Origin: Bacilli bacterium | GTDB taxonomy: Bacteria; Bacillota_I; Bacilli_A; ML615J-28; CAG-313 | NCBI GenBank assembly: GCA_045589955.1 | Contig: JAZNQD010000009.1 | Span: 48,294-112,293 of the forward strand | DNA length: 64,000 nucleotides | Direction: 5' to 3' | Shown: in pieces, positions 9,501 to 18,442 of the stretch | Numbering within the stretch: the stretch's first letter is position 1 | Layout of the letters: each line of letters opens with the position of its first letter | Position numbers and translations under genes: made by a program | The notes under the pieces: generated by a model | Databases searched by the model: none | Told to the model about the DNA's origin: nothing | The model's input: only the letters and a program-made list of their open reading frames with translations

Positions 9501-9845
9501 ATGATTGATACTATAACACAAACATTCGATTACGTTTATATAATTGCAGATGAGCAAGGATATGTAAAAGTAGGTATATCTAAGCATCCAGAAAAGCGAT
9601 TAAAACAGCTTCAAACTGGACATCCTACTAAATTATCTTTGATATTTACTGAAGAATTTGAATGCACTCGTGAACATTTACTTAAAATAGAAAAAGAAAT
9701 CCACAAAGATTTACGTAATTTTACTAAAAAAGTTCACGGTGAATGGTTTTTATTACAAGAAAACCAATTAGAAAAGATAAAAAATACGATAATAATAAAT
9801 CGTATTCAATATGATGCTAATCTACTTGCTTTTAAATATAGATAA
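9501..9845 (+). CDS. T5orf172 / GIY-YIG-superfamily-like domain protein
   Basis: YVYIIADEQGYVKVGISKHPEKRLKQLQTGHPTKL matches T5orf172 (Mug113-like) domain pattern. Confidence 0.45.
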   Translation: MIDTITQTFDYVYIIADEQGYVKVGISKHPEKRLKQLQTGHPTKLSLIFTEEFECTREHLLKIEKEIHKDLRNFTKKVHGEWFLLQENQLEKIKNTIIINRIQYDANLLAFKYR

Positions 9846-9848
9846 AAT

Positions 9849-9923
9849 TGGCAGAGGCAGAGAGACTCGAACTCCCGACATTTGGTTTTGGGGACCAACG
9901 TTCTACCACTGAACTATACCTCT
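9849..9923 (-). tRNA. tRNA-Trp (CCA)
   Basis: Cloverleaf folded by hand: acceptor AGAGGTA/TGCCTCT, D GTTC/GAAC, anticodon loop CCCCAAA, T-loop TTCGAGT, encoded CCA. Confidence 0.7.
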
Positions 9924-10005
9924 GTGGCATACCCGGCAGGAAGATGTCCTACTCTTACGATGATGGAAACCGTATGCTTCACTTGATTCACGGGTATATA
10001 ATAAT

Positions 10006-10082
10006 TGGGGTGACTGATGGGACTTGAACCCACAACATTCGGGACCACAACCCGACGCTCTACCAATTGAGCTACAGCCAAC
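10006..10082 (-). tRNA. tRNA-His (GTG)
   Basis: Anticodon loop TTGTGGT, extra G-1 paired with discriminator C, encoded CCA. Confidence 0.7.
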
Positions 10083-10088
10083 ATAATA

Positions 10089-10162
10089 TGGAGCACTGTA
10101 GAGGAATTGCACCTCTCTTGTCGGTTTTGCAGACCGATGCATAACTTCTCTGCCAACAGTGC
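10089..10162 (-). tRNA. tRNA-Cys (GCA), atypical T-loop
   Basis: Acceptor GCACTGT/ACAGTGC, anticodon loop CTGCAAA, T-loop TGCAATT is non-canonical, encoded CCA. Confidence 0.55.
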
Positions 10163-10164
10163 AA

Positions 10165-10240
10165 TGGTGGTCAAGGACGGGATCGAACCGCCGACACGAA
10201 GATTTTCAGTCTCCTGCTCTACCTACTGAGCTACTTGACC
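10165..10240 (-). tRNA. tRNA-Phe (GAA)
   Basis: Acceptor GGTCAAG/CTTGACC, D GCTC/GAGC, anticodon loop CTGAAAA, T-loop TTCGATC, CCA. Confidence 0.75.
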
Positions 10241-10274
10241 AAAAAAATAAAGCCTCTGAAAAAATCTCAGAGGC
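10241..10274 (-). terminator. hairpin plus U-run on minus strand between accessory island and tRNA array (terminator or processing site)
   Basis: GCCTCTGA-loop-TCAGAGGC followed by TTTATTTTTTT on minus sense. Confidence 0.4.
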
Positions 10275-10455
10275 TCAAACCAAATAATACCGATAAAAAA
10301 GGTATAATTAAACGGCATCGCCTCCAGCGAAGTAAAAACAATGCCAAAAATGTTTAATCGTACTTTTCATCATATTATTTAGAACCTTATTTCAATAACA
10401 TTTATAAAGATTAGTTATTATAATAGCATATAAATTTTAAAAGTAAAGCAAAAAA

Positions 10456-11142
10456 TTATACTTCTGTATTTAAATTTTGTACTTTTTCTAATTCTTTAGC
10501 CGAATTAACTATCTTTTGTTGTGGATTATTACCTTCTATACCTTCATCATCTACCAAAAAGATTTTGTTTGTATTAAAATCTTTTACAAGTACAGTTTCT
10601 TGTTTGAATTCTTTACAAATTTCAATAGCAAATAACAATAGCATTTCACTAGGTACACCACCCAATTCAATAGATGTTGATTTATCATTATAAATTCTAT
10701 CACCAGATTGATATTTACCTCTAAAGTTATTCCCTACTGTTAAAGCTCCCAAGTACATATTTGGTTGTTCACCGAATTCTTTATTCCAAGTCTGTACCAA
10801 ATTGTTTACTTTTTTATCTTTAAAGACGTGATTCATTGTAGAATGATAAAGTTTCTTTAAAAATCCATACAATTTGTTTTTTTCAATATTATCAATCACT
10901 GTATTTACAGATAATGCAAATACGATCATACCACCACGATATTTTTCGAAACCATATTGCTCATCTGCGATTTTTTCATACAAAAAGGATTCTGTAAGCT
11001 TTTCTTGTCTAACAAAAGCCTTTTCATTTTCAGAGATTGCTTTTAGCATACCGGCATTGTAGTAGCAAACACCATTTGGGCGTCTGTCTTTTCCATCTGG
11101 TCTAAAATATTTAATTTCTTCTATTCGCATTTTGTACTCCAA
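10456..11142 (-). CDS. hypothetical protein (island gene 1)
   Basis: 228 aa ORF, no recognisable motif. Confidence 0.55.
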   Translation of the reverse strand: MEYKMRIEEIKYFRPDGKDRRPNGVCYYNAGMLKAISENEKAFVRQEKLTESFLYEKIADEQYGFEKYRGGMIVFALSVNTVIDNIEKNKLYGFLKKLYHSTMNHVFKDKKVNNLVQTWNKEFGEQPNMYLGALTVGNNFRGKYQSGDRIYNDKSTSIELGGVPSEMLLLFAIEICKEFKQETVLVKDFNTNKIFLVDDEGIEGNNPQQKIVNSAKELEKVQNLNTEV

Positions 11143-11696
11143 TCGTATTTACCTCTTTTCATTAACTCTCTTAAAAAATATCCATACATATGACGTGCAA
11201 AATTAGGTTTTTTGGTACCTGATAACTCATATTCTGTGTTTTCTGAGATTAATGAAAACTTATTGCCATGTATCTTGCTAAATCCATTCTTAATATCGTG
11301 TATAGAAAATTTAGATAATACTGGACTTGTAGGTTTGCCATATTTATTATACCATCTTGGTTCGTAATCAGCTGTTTTTAATAAGATACTCTCTTGTTTA
11401 TATTTACCACATAACCAAAGCATATCTTCAGCAAAAGTTTTTTTATTTCCGTTATTTATTACAAAAAAGGAAGCTTCTGTTACATCAACCTCATTTTCTT
11501 TTCCTTGGTTTTCTGTAAATCCACCTAAAATTGTAATATAACTATATCCTAAAGACCTAATATCAGTAACTAGTTCTTCTGTATACTTTTCGTTTTCTTT
11601 ATTAGAATTTTCATTACGACAAGCAGAAATAAAGCATATCTCATTGTCGTTGATATGCTGCAATACTCTACTTAATCTAGCTTCTAGCATTTCCAT
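11121..11696 (-). CDS. hypothetical protein (island gene 2)
   Basis: 191 aa ORF; promoter upstream. Confidence 0.55.
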   Translation of the reverse strand: MEMLEARLSRVLQHINDNEICFISACRNENSNKENEKYTEELVTDIRSLGYSYITILGGFTENQGKENEVDVTEASFFVINNGNKKTFAEDMLWLCGKYKQESILLKTADYEPRWYNKYGKPTSPVLSKFSIHDIKNGFSKIHGNKFSLISENTEYELSGTKKPNFARHMYGYFLRELMKRGKYDWSTKCE

Positions 11697-11726
11697 ATTT
11701 ATTAACCTATTTTTTAATTTTTATAT

Positions 11727-11762
11727 ATTATACACTATAAAAACAAAAAAGTAAAACATTTT
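11727..11762 (-). promoter_or_regulatory. sigma70-like promoter (TGTTTTACTTT-17-TATAAT)
   Basis: Minus-sense TTTACT, 17-nt spacer, TATAAT, about 30 nt upstream of ATG 11696. Confidence 0.55.
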
Positions 11763-11766
11763 TTAA

Positions 11767-12546
11767 CTATTTCCAAAAGTCGGTACTAAAATAGTTATAC
11801 AATCTAGCTAAAAAGCGTTTTTTTGACTTAGCATCTAATAAATTGTAATATTGCATAAATTCATCGTGCTTTTGCCATTCATTCTTTAAAAAGTCTAATC
11901 TTTCAATAGGACTTAAATCTTTTAATGCTCTTCCGTACTTACTGTATAATTCACCGGCAATTTTTAATATCCATGCTAAATAATGTGCATTTTTTTCATG
12001 CGGAGAATTCCAATACCAAGTGTCCTTATCTTTTGTAGTACGTGACGCGGCAGATTTTTTCAAGAAGTTTTTATATTTGTCATCCATAAAGTGTTGAAAT
12101 TCATGGACAAATGTACTCTGGACAGCTTGTTTTGATAATAATTCTAATATAGATTTGCCAGGGATTAATGTTACATCTGCTTCTCCTGTGATTGGATCAG
12201 TACCTTTAATAGCATCCCAATCTTCTAAATCAAACATATTACACAAATAAATGCAGATAGCTGGTCCAGTAGGTACATAAATTCCAGCAGTATGTTTTTC
12301 TTTATCGTCTTCATCTAGCATTAAAGCTACTACTAATGGTCCTGCGTCGGTATTTAATTCTAATGATAACTGAGGAGAGGTTTCGGTATACATTGCTCTA
12401 GTATCAACAATTTTATTTTCAAAGCCTTGTATAACGTTTTCAAATGCATTTAGAGCAAATAACAAATCTTCTCTATCTGAATAGGCATCTTCTTGGTATA
12501 CTTTTTTTATTTCTTGCTCAACAATTGTACGAAATTTAGACATCAC
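11767..12546 (-). CDS. hypothetical protein with HExxH motif (possible metallopeptidase-like)
   Basis: 259 aa; FVHEFQHFMDD contains HExxH; no further family assignment possible by eye. Confidence 0.45.
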   Translation of the reverse strand: MMSKFRTIVEQEIKKVYQEDAYSDREDLLFALNAFENVIQGFENKIVDTRAMYTETSPQLSLELNTDAGPLVVALMLDEDDKEKHTAGIYVPTGPAICIYLCNMFDLEDWDAIKGTDPITGEADVTLIPGKSILELLSKQAVQSTFVHEFQHFMDDKYKNFLKKSAASRTTKDKDTWYWNSPHEKNAHYLAWILKIAGELYSKYGRALKDLSPIERLDFLKNEWQKHDEFMQYYNLLDAKSKKRFLARLYNYFSTDFWK

Positions 12547-13175
12547 TATGCTCCATATGGATCTGAATCATTACCATAAATATCTTTACCAGCAGCTTTT
12601 TGTTTAAAATATTCTTCTCTGTCATACTGCATAGATTCAGGAGCAGTTTTATATTCTTCGTAGGATAGTTCTGGGTTTTCATACCATTTATTAAATTCAT
12701 CTAGATTAAACCATTCTATAAAGTCTAAACCTGCTTCTTGAGCAACTTGTCTTTTTAATGGATCTAATTCTGTCCAAGTATGTAAAATCTTTTTATAAAA
12801 TTCGCCCGGTTTATTTTCTAACCATTTTACATCATCTTGACAGTACGGATTATTAGCATCATACTTACTTCTACCGTGACGAATATGCTTATTATAATTA
12901 AAACCTTTATCTTCTGAAGGAATATAAAAGTCTAATTGAAAATGGCGATGAGTTTCTGGATTTACAAATCTATCATCTGTATATGACATTATAACATCTG
13001 GCCATTTTTCTTTTAATTTATCGAATATATATAATTCATCTTTACTTGTATTATAACCAGTTTCTTTGTCAAATATCTTCTTATCACCTTCACGAAGAAT
13101 ATTCTCTACAATTTCTCTAAAATTTTTCATATAAAAAAGGTCCCAAATATATATCACATATATACTTAGAACCAA
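12546..13175 (-). CDS. hypothetical protein (island gene 4); alternative start at 13130
   Basis: 209 aa ORF; internal ATG at 13128-13130 (MKNFREIVEN) may be the true start. Confidence 0.5.
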   Translation of the reverse strand: MVLSIYVIYIWDLFYMKNFREIVENILREGDKKIFDKETGYNTSKDELYIFDKLKEKWPDVIMSYTDDRFVNPETHRHFQLDFYIPSEDKGFNYNKHIRHGRSKYDANNPYCQDDVKWLENKPGEFYKKILHTWTELDPLKRQVAQEAGLDFIEWFNLDEFNKWYENPELSYEEYKTAPESMQYDREEYFKQKAAGKDIYGNDSDPYGA

Positions 13176-13436
13176 AATTCGTTATCTAAAGCCAAGCCAA
13201 CATACATTACTATATGGCTACCCTTTAGAACATGCAGTCTTTGTTTTGGTCTCGATAGCTCCCGTGCGCAGGGGATACAATTGGTTAGTTCACAAACCGC
13301 CTGAGACTCTGTGGCAATCTATTAAAAATTAATAGAATACTTTTTTAATCTACGAGTAGGATAAATAAGCCGGCACTCATCCTCTCTATCTGCATTCCAT
13401 CTAGCGTCTATACTTCCGCCATAACGAATTACTTAT

Positions 13437-13470
13437 TTTATACAATATACTTTTAACAATGTAAAGCAAA
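13437..13470 (-). promoter_or_regulatory. sigma70-like promoter (TTTTGCTTTACA-17-TATAAA) driving the 13176-13436 leader
   Basis: Minus-sense TTTACA, 17-nt spacer, TATAAA. Confidence 0.45.
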
Positions 13471-13473
13471 AAA

Positions 13474-13716
13474 TTATAATAACTCAATTAATTTTTGTTT
13501 ATTATACTTACGTAAAGCGTTTTTAGCTTCTAATTCGCTATCATATACTTCTTCGTATTCTTTTATCACATTTTGTTTATATGTATTTTCTTTTTGCATT
13601 AATTTCCAGCTAGCTATCCAACCAATAAGTTTATTTTGTAAAGCGGGATGTTCTGGACGTTTAAACGTTGATTTTTCTACATATACTTTATCTAAATTTA
13701 TTTCTGTGTTAATCAT
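13474..13716 (-). CDS. hypothetical protein
   Basis: 80 aa ORF. Confidence 0.5.
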   Translation of the reverse strand: MINTEINLDKVYVEKSTFKRPEHPALQNKLIGWIASWKLMQKENTYKQNVIKEYEEVYDSELEAKNALRKYNKQKLIELL

Positions 13717-13858
13717 TCTAACATTCCTTTATTAAAAAGTAGTATAAATAAATTAGGTCCCGATATTACTTACGAGACCTAACGGAATAACCTAAATAAG
13801 AAAGTAATAAAATATGAAAAACGAAAAACATTCTTCTTTATTTAGAACTACTTTTTTA

Positions 13859-14068
13859 TCAATAACAATAAAATTTATTTTTGTGTTCGATACATTCGTG
13901 ATAATTTGAATATAACAATTGATCATATGTCAATTCTGTTTTTTTATATCCAGCTCTTAAGATCTGTTCTTCCTTTGTATCTTTTTCTAAAGCCTTGCCT
14001 ATAACAATATTACTTAATACAACAACTACCATACCTATTGCAAAAATATCTAAACAATATAATTTCAT
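13859..14068 (-). CDS. small membrane protein
   Basis: 69 aa, one hydrophobic helix (IFAIGMVVVVLSNIVIG). Confidence 0.45.
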   Translation of the reverse strand: MKLYCLDIFAIGMVVVVLSNIVIGKALEKDTKEEQILRAGYKKTELTYDQLLYSNYHECIEHKNKFYCY

Positions 14069-14079
14069 AGTCCTACTCC

Positions 14080-15114
14080 TTAATATGTACTTAAATTATC
14101 AAAATATCCTTTAACATAAACAACCGGCGTTCCTTTATCACCACTACCAGATGTCAAATCCATTAAAGAACCTAATAAATCAGTTAATCTTCTTGGAGTA
14201 GTACCTTGTGAAACCATATTACCTACTAAATTTTTATCTTTTTCTTTGATACTTTGCTTAATAGTATTAGTTAAATCATCACCGCTTAAATCTTTATAAT
14301 CATTATCAGCTAAATATTTAAGTTTTAATTCGTTAGGTGTTCCTTTTAATCCATCTGTATAAGCAGGACTTACAACAGGATCAGCCAATTCCCAAATACC
14401 ACCAACAGGATCTTTAAAACAACCATCTCCATATACCATTACTTCAATTGTTTTTCCTGTTTTTTCATAAATTGTTTTTTGGATACAATCAATTAATTTT
14501 TTTGCAGAAGAATACGACGGAAATAATTTTAGCTTTTCTTCAGTCGCTTTATTACTTCCATATAGACCATATTCACATTTATCTGAACAAATATCTTTTA
14601 AGGTTATATCAAACGTATTTTTATGAATCTGACAATCTATAATCCCATTAACATTACATACCGATTCATTTTGGTATACAATATAACACTCTTTACCTTC
14701 TGCTTCAACAATTGATTTATAATATTCATCATAATTCAATCCGGTAAAAGGATGATTTTGTAATACATTACCAACTTCATCGACATTAGGCATTCTTATA
14801 TAAACAGTTCCAGTAACTGCTCGTGCAATACCTTTTAAAATCATTGCAAAACGATTACGCGAATAAATTGGATTAAATACTAAAATATCTTTTGGATTAT
14901 TGAATACTTTTTTAACAGATTCGGCAACTTCATCAACCGTAACATAATTACCTTCTGTTCTTGCAACAATAGATTCTGTAATACCTAAAACATCTTTATC
15001 ATCTATTTCTAACCCACTATTTAAAAGTGTATCTGAAACAATTTGAGCTAAATCATCACCTTCTTTGAAAATTGGACAAACTAATCCATATACAGATGTA
15101 CCTATTGTGCGCAT
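14080..15114 (-). CDS. CofE-like (F420-0:gamma-glutamyl ligase family) amide ligase homolog
   Basis: N-terminal [13 protein letters not shown]...[20 protein letters not shown] and C-terminal [12 protein letters not shown] resemble conserved CofE/FbiB blocks (GDDLAELI, SKAEGR, EGTPVV.VRG). Confidence 0.5.
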   Translation of the reverse strand: MRTIGTSVYGLVCPIFKEGDDLAQIVSDTLLNSGLEIDDKDVLGITESIVARTEGNYVTVDEVAESVKKVFNNPKDILVFNPIYSRNRFAMILKGIARAVTGTVYIRMPNVDEVGNVLQNHPFTGLNYDEYYKSIVEAEGKECYIVYQNESVCNVNGIIDCQIHKNTFDITLKDICSDKCEYGLYGSNKATEEKLKLFPSYSSAKKLIDCIQKTIYEKTGKTIEVMVYGDGCFKDPVGGIWELADPVVSPAYTDGLKGTPNELKLKYLADNDYKDLSGDDLTNTIKQSIKEKDKNLVGNMVSQGTTPRRLTDLLGSLMDLTSGSGDKGTPVVYVKGYFDNLSTY

Positions 15115-15138
15115 ATATAATCCCCTTTTTTAATGAAA

Positions 15139-15216
15139 TGGTGCGTCGAGCTGGATTCGAACCAACGACCAATCCGTTATGAGCGGACAGCTCTAACCGG
15201 GCTGAGCTACCGACGC
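15139..15216 (-). tRNA. tRNA-Met (CAT)
   Basis: Acceptor GCGTCGG/TCGACGC, anticodon loop CTCATAA, T-loop TTCGAAT, CCA; elongator or Ile-lysidine type not distinguishable. Confidence 0.7.
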
Positions 15217-15260
15217 ATATTTATTTAAATAACTAATAATCATGTTATTAAAAAATAAAA

Positions 15261-15334
15261 TGGCTGGAGGAACTGGAATCGAACCAGTATTCTGAGTGCC
15301 AAAAACTCATGTCCTTCCCTTAGACGATCCTCCA
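15261..15334 (-). tRNA. tRNA-Gln (TTG)
   Basis: Acceptor TGGAGGA/TCCTCCA, anticodon loop TTTTGGC, T-loop TTCGATT, CCA. Confidence 0.6.
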
Positions 15335-15338
15335 ATAA

Positions 15339-15423
15339 TGGTGGGTGAGGATGGATTTGAACCACCGATGTCTAAGACGGCGGATTTACAGTCCGCTGCA
15401 ATAACCAACTATGCGACTCACCC
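15339..15423 (-). tRNA. tRNA-Tyr (GTA), type II
   Basis: Acceptor GGGTGAG/CTCACCC, anticodon loop CTGTAAA, long variable arm, T-loop TTCAAAT, CCA. Confidence 0.65.
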
Positions 15424-15428
15424 TTAAA

Positions 15429-15505
15429 TGGTCGGAATGGCGAGACTTGAACTCACGACATCTAGTACCCAAAACTAGCGCTCTACCAGGCTGAGCTACA
15501 TTCCG
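15429..15505 (-). tRNA. tRNA-Pro (TGG)
   Basis: Acceptor CGGAATG/CATTCCG, D GCTC/GAGC, anticodon loop TTTGGGT, T-loop TTCAAGT, CCA. Confidence 0.7.
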
Positions 15506-15520
15506 AAAGGATATATTTTA

Positions 15521-15552
15521 TATATACTATAGAATAATAATTGTAAAACATA
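15521..15552 (-). promoter_or_regulatory. promoter for tRNA array 2 (TGTTTTACA-15-TATATA)
   Basis: Minus-sense TTTACA and TATATA about 15 nt before tRNA-Pro 5' end. Confidence 0.45.
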
Positions 15553-15557
15553 AAAAT

Positions 15558-15590
15558 AAAAAATACCCACAAAATTTCTTTTATGGGCAC
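15558..15590 (-). terminator. rho-independent terminator of 15700..15951 gene
   Basis: CCCA-loop-TGGG hairpin followed by TATTTTTTATTTTT on minus. Confidence 0.4.
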
Positions 15591-15699
15591 TTCCTACTTA
15601 TGAGATTATTTTAAGTAATAACTACCCATCAACCGTTTATAGGTTGTTGATAATAAGGGTAGAAATATGTCATCAAAATATTCATCATGGTTTATAGAA

Positions 15700-15951
15700 C
15701 TACTTTTTAAATAAAAAATTATGTATTTTTTCTAATTTATCTTTATTTATGTCGTTTTCTTTAGTATCGGGTATAATAGCATCTACTTTACAATGTGGAC
15801 AAATTGCAGTAAGTGTATCATCAGTCCATTCCTCTATTTCTACCGTTTTAATTTTTCTTTTACAATATGCACAATAGCAAAAATCTATTTCCGATAGAAC
15901 TTCACGGTTATATATTGTCTGAGTGAGATACTTTTTCATTATATATTCCAA
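15700..15951 (-). CDS. zinc-ribbon small protein
   Basis: CYCAYC...CPHC four-Cys pattern; likely true start ATG at 15937-15939. Confidence 0.5.
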   Translation of the reverse strand: MEYIMKKYLTQTIYNREVLSEIDFCYCAYCKRKIKTVEIEEWTDDTLTAICPHCKVDAIIPDTKENDINKDKLEKIHNFLFKK

Positions 15952-16013
15952 AAAAAAGTAGAAGAGGATTAAGTTAAAGACCGTATTTTACGAAAAACAC
16001 ACTCTTAATCCTC
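15951..16013 (-). terminator. rho-independent terminator of vWA gene
   Basis: 11-bp stem AGAGGATTAAG/CTTAATCCTCT (large loop) followed by U8 on minus sense. Confidence 0.5.
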
Positions 16014-16147
16014 TCCCGGCGTCGTGAACTCTACAGCTCCGACCGATTGCTTTCTACTAAGTGCAATCATTGTTACCACTATTCATGTATCATGTTTTGG
16101 TAAACTGCTGTACGTTTTTCACGGTCTCTAAATTATTATCTAGAACA

Positions 16148-17701
16148 TTAATATACTATTTGCATATAACGCTCTTGGTTAATAACTTTCAAAGTTGCTT
16201 CTAAAGCATCATAATCTTCGCCTAATGCAATTTTCATAACAGAAGGTGAACAACCAGATAACAAAATATTATTCTTATCGTTAACCGTAATAGGAGTTTG
16301 ATTACTACGACTATCTACGTTCCACCATATTAACTTAGGTAAAGTATATCCAGCTTTTTCATATTTAGCCTTTATACCTTCATAATTAGTAAAACCAAAT
16401 GAGTATTCATCAAATTCCATATCTGAAATAATAATAAGTTGTTTTGGCATATCAGCATCTGGTACTTTTTCGGCAACAGCTCTTTTCAAAATTAAATCGA
16501 AAACACTTTGTAAATTAGTATTACTACAATCACCGGTAAAAACAGAACGAATTTTATCCAATAATGTATTACCTTTAACTATTTTCCACTGTGCGTTACA
16601 TGAAAAAGGAATTACATAGTTACGCCAAACCAAAGACTTATTTCTTTCTGCTATATAAATTGCTAAAGACAAAGATACAGCCATCGGTAAACCATTCATT
16701 GAACCAGATGTATCGCAAACAACCAAACCGTTTATTTCTGGTACATAATCCGGTAAAGCTTTCCATTGCGCCTCGACAGTAGGATTTATATTGATATGAG
16801 AGCCATAACCAATAAAATCATAAGCATCACTATAAACCCGAATTAAATCATACGGATATAATGTTTTAGCATTTATTTTAGCTTTACCTTCTTTTACCGC
16901 TTCTATATACGCATTATACTTATCAGAATCGTTTTTAAAGAAAGCTTTTCTGTATTTAAATGCAGCATAAGAAGGAAGATTTTCATAGTTAATTTTATCG
17001 TATTCTTTATTAACTAATTTTGTTTCAACTATATCCAAATCTTTACGTAATAAAACCAAAGCTCTTCTATAAGCTCCAATTGCACCAAACTTCCCAGATT
17101 TCAACAGTATATTTAACCACTTACGTTTTTCTGCATTTTTTACGCTTGTTCGTGGTAACCATTTAGCTAATAAAGAAATATCATATAATTCACCTTTAAA
17201 ATGATGTTGTAAATCTTTTTCTAATTGCATACCTATATAATCTATTACTTCATCTCGACAAGCAGTAAGTAATAGTGGCATATAATCATCATATCTACCA
17301 TATTCTGCAATTAAACCTAAATTTTTGCATATCCAATCTTTTTCGACATTACCTAAATATTCTAAGCAAATACGAAATACTTTACGTTCACCTTGTCCGC
17401 CTCTTACATCACGAATATAAAAAAGAGTACGTAAAGCCAAAGTTTTATCATAGTTAAATGCATTTACAAAAAGATTTAATATACGAGATTTATCAGTTTC
17501 TTTACGTAAAGCTGCACCATGAAAAAACCAATCAACAAGAGCGTTTTGTGTAGAAATATTAGTCAACGCCCCATTTTCAGTATAGGTTTTATTTGACATA
17601 GCATTAATAAACGCATTAGTAGAAGATTCACTTACTAATGGTATAGCTTTAAACTCAGAAATTTTTGCAGTATATCCTAATAAATCTGTATATGTTTTCA
17701 T
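16148..17701 (-). CDS. vWA-domain protein with MIDAS motif and N-terminal helical DUF2828/TROVE-like module
   Basis: LVVCDTSGSMNG (DxSxS MIDAS) about residue 330; N-terminal YIRDVRGGQGERKVF block reminiscent of DUF2828 proteins; promoter upstream. Confidence 0.5.
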   Translation of the reverse strand: MKTYTDLLGYTAKISEFKAIPLVSESSTNAFINAMSNKTYTENGALTNISTQNALVDWFFHGAALRKETDKSRILNLFVNAFNYDKTLALRTLFYIRDVRGGQGERKVFRICLEYLGNVEKDWICKNLGLIAEYGRYDDYMPLLLTACRDEVIDYIGMQLEKDLQHHFKGELYDISLLAKWLPRTSVKNAEKRKWLNILLKSGKFGAIGAYRRALVLLRKDLDIVETKLVNKEYDKINYENLPSYAAFKYRKAFFKNDSDKYNAYIEAVKEGKAKINAKTLYPYDLIRVYSDAYDFIGYGSHININPTVEAQWKALPDYVPEINGLVVCDTSGSMNGLPMAVSLSLAIYIAERNKSLVWRNYVIPFSCNAQWKIVKGNTLLDKIRSVFTGDCSNTNLQSVFDLILKRAVAEKVPDADMPKQLIIISDMEFDEYSFGFTNYEGIKAKYEKAGYTLPKLIWWNVDSRSNQTPITVNDKNNILLSGCSPSVMKIALGEDYDALEATLKVINQERYMQIVY

Positions 17702-17729
17702 AACTAATCCCTCTTTTTATACAAGACAT

Positions 17730-17765
17730 ATTATAGGTAAAAAAATTTAAAGTAAAACAAAAAAC
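17730..17765 (-). promoter_or_regulatory. sigma70-like promoter of vWA gene (TTTTTTGTTTTACTTT-15-TATAAT)
   Basis: Minus-sense TTTACT and TATAAT; GAGGG RBS before ATG 17701. Confidence 0.5.
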
Positions 17766-17775
17766 GATATTTTAA

Positions 17776-17991
17776 TTATTCACTTTCTTCTGAATCCGAT
17801 TCGATATAGTTTAATTTGTTATAATTCGAATCTACAATTTCTTTAGTGCGAATAGATTCTTCATAAAAACGATCTTCATGGTTGACAATACCCAATGCCC
17901 ATAACAATTGAATGAATCGCATATCTGGGCATTTTTCAACCATATCTGCTACTTTATCTAAAATATATTTATTTGTATCATTACGACTCAT
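17776..17991 (-). CDS. hypothetical protein
   Basis: 71 aa ORF. Confidence 0.45.
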   Translation of the reverse strand: MSRNDTNKYILDKVADMVEKCPDMRFIQLLWALGIVNHEDRFYEESIRTKEIVDSNYNKLNYIESDSEESE

Positions 17992-18338
17992 GCATTTGTC
18001 CTCTATTAATATTTAAAACAATACTTAACGCAGTACAAATATAATTTCAAGTTGATAAGAAATGCTAATTTTGATACTGCGTTTTAGTCATCTGTGCTTT
18101 GTCACTCCGATGAACCCGAGCATTCCACTTCGATCTTTAAGCAGCCAATCTGGACCCGATCTCTGTTCTCTTTATACTAGTAAACAGTCGTGAGCTAACT
18201 CTAGTAGTGTCTTTCCAACCAGCCAGATGTCTTTCCATCAGTATAGAGATTAACCACATTAAAGAATCACCAATAACTGTTAATCTCTTTTATAGAAGAT
18301 ACTACATTGCAAATTTCTCTTCTACAAATTCCTATAAA

Positions 18339-18431
18339 TGGCGGAATCAGAAGGATTCGAACCTTCGGCCCCTCATAATAAGGGACGACAGTTTAGCAAA
18401 CTGCTGGTTTCAGCCACTCACCCATGATTCC
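18339..18431 (-). tRNA. tRNA-Ser (GCT), type II
   Basis: Acceptor GGAATCA/TGATTCC, anticodon loop TGCTAAA, long variable arm, T-loop TTCGAAT, CCA. Confidence 0.7.
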
Positions 18432-18442
18432 AAAAAAAAAAC

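Noticed and set aside
9903-10174. ORF-track CDSs 9903..10142 and 9914..10174 (minus)
   Set aside because: They lie entirely over tRNA-Trp/His/Cys/Phe; their translations are Cys/Arg/Ser-rich read-through of tRNA sequence.
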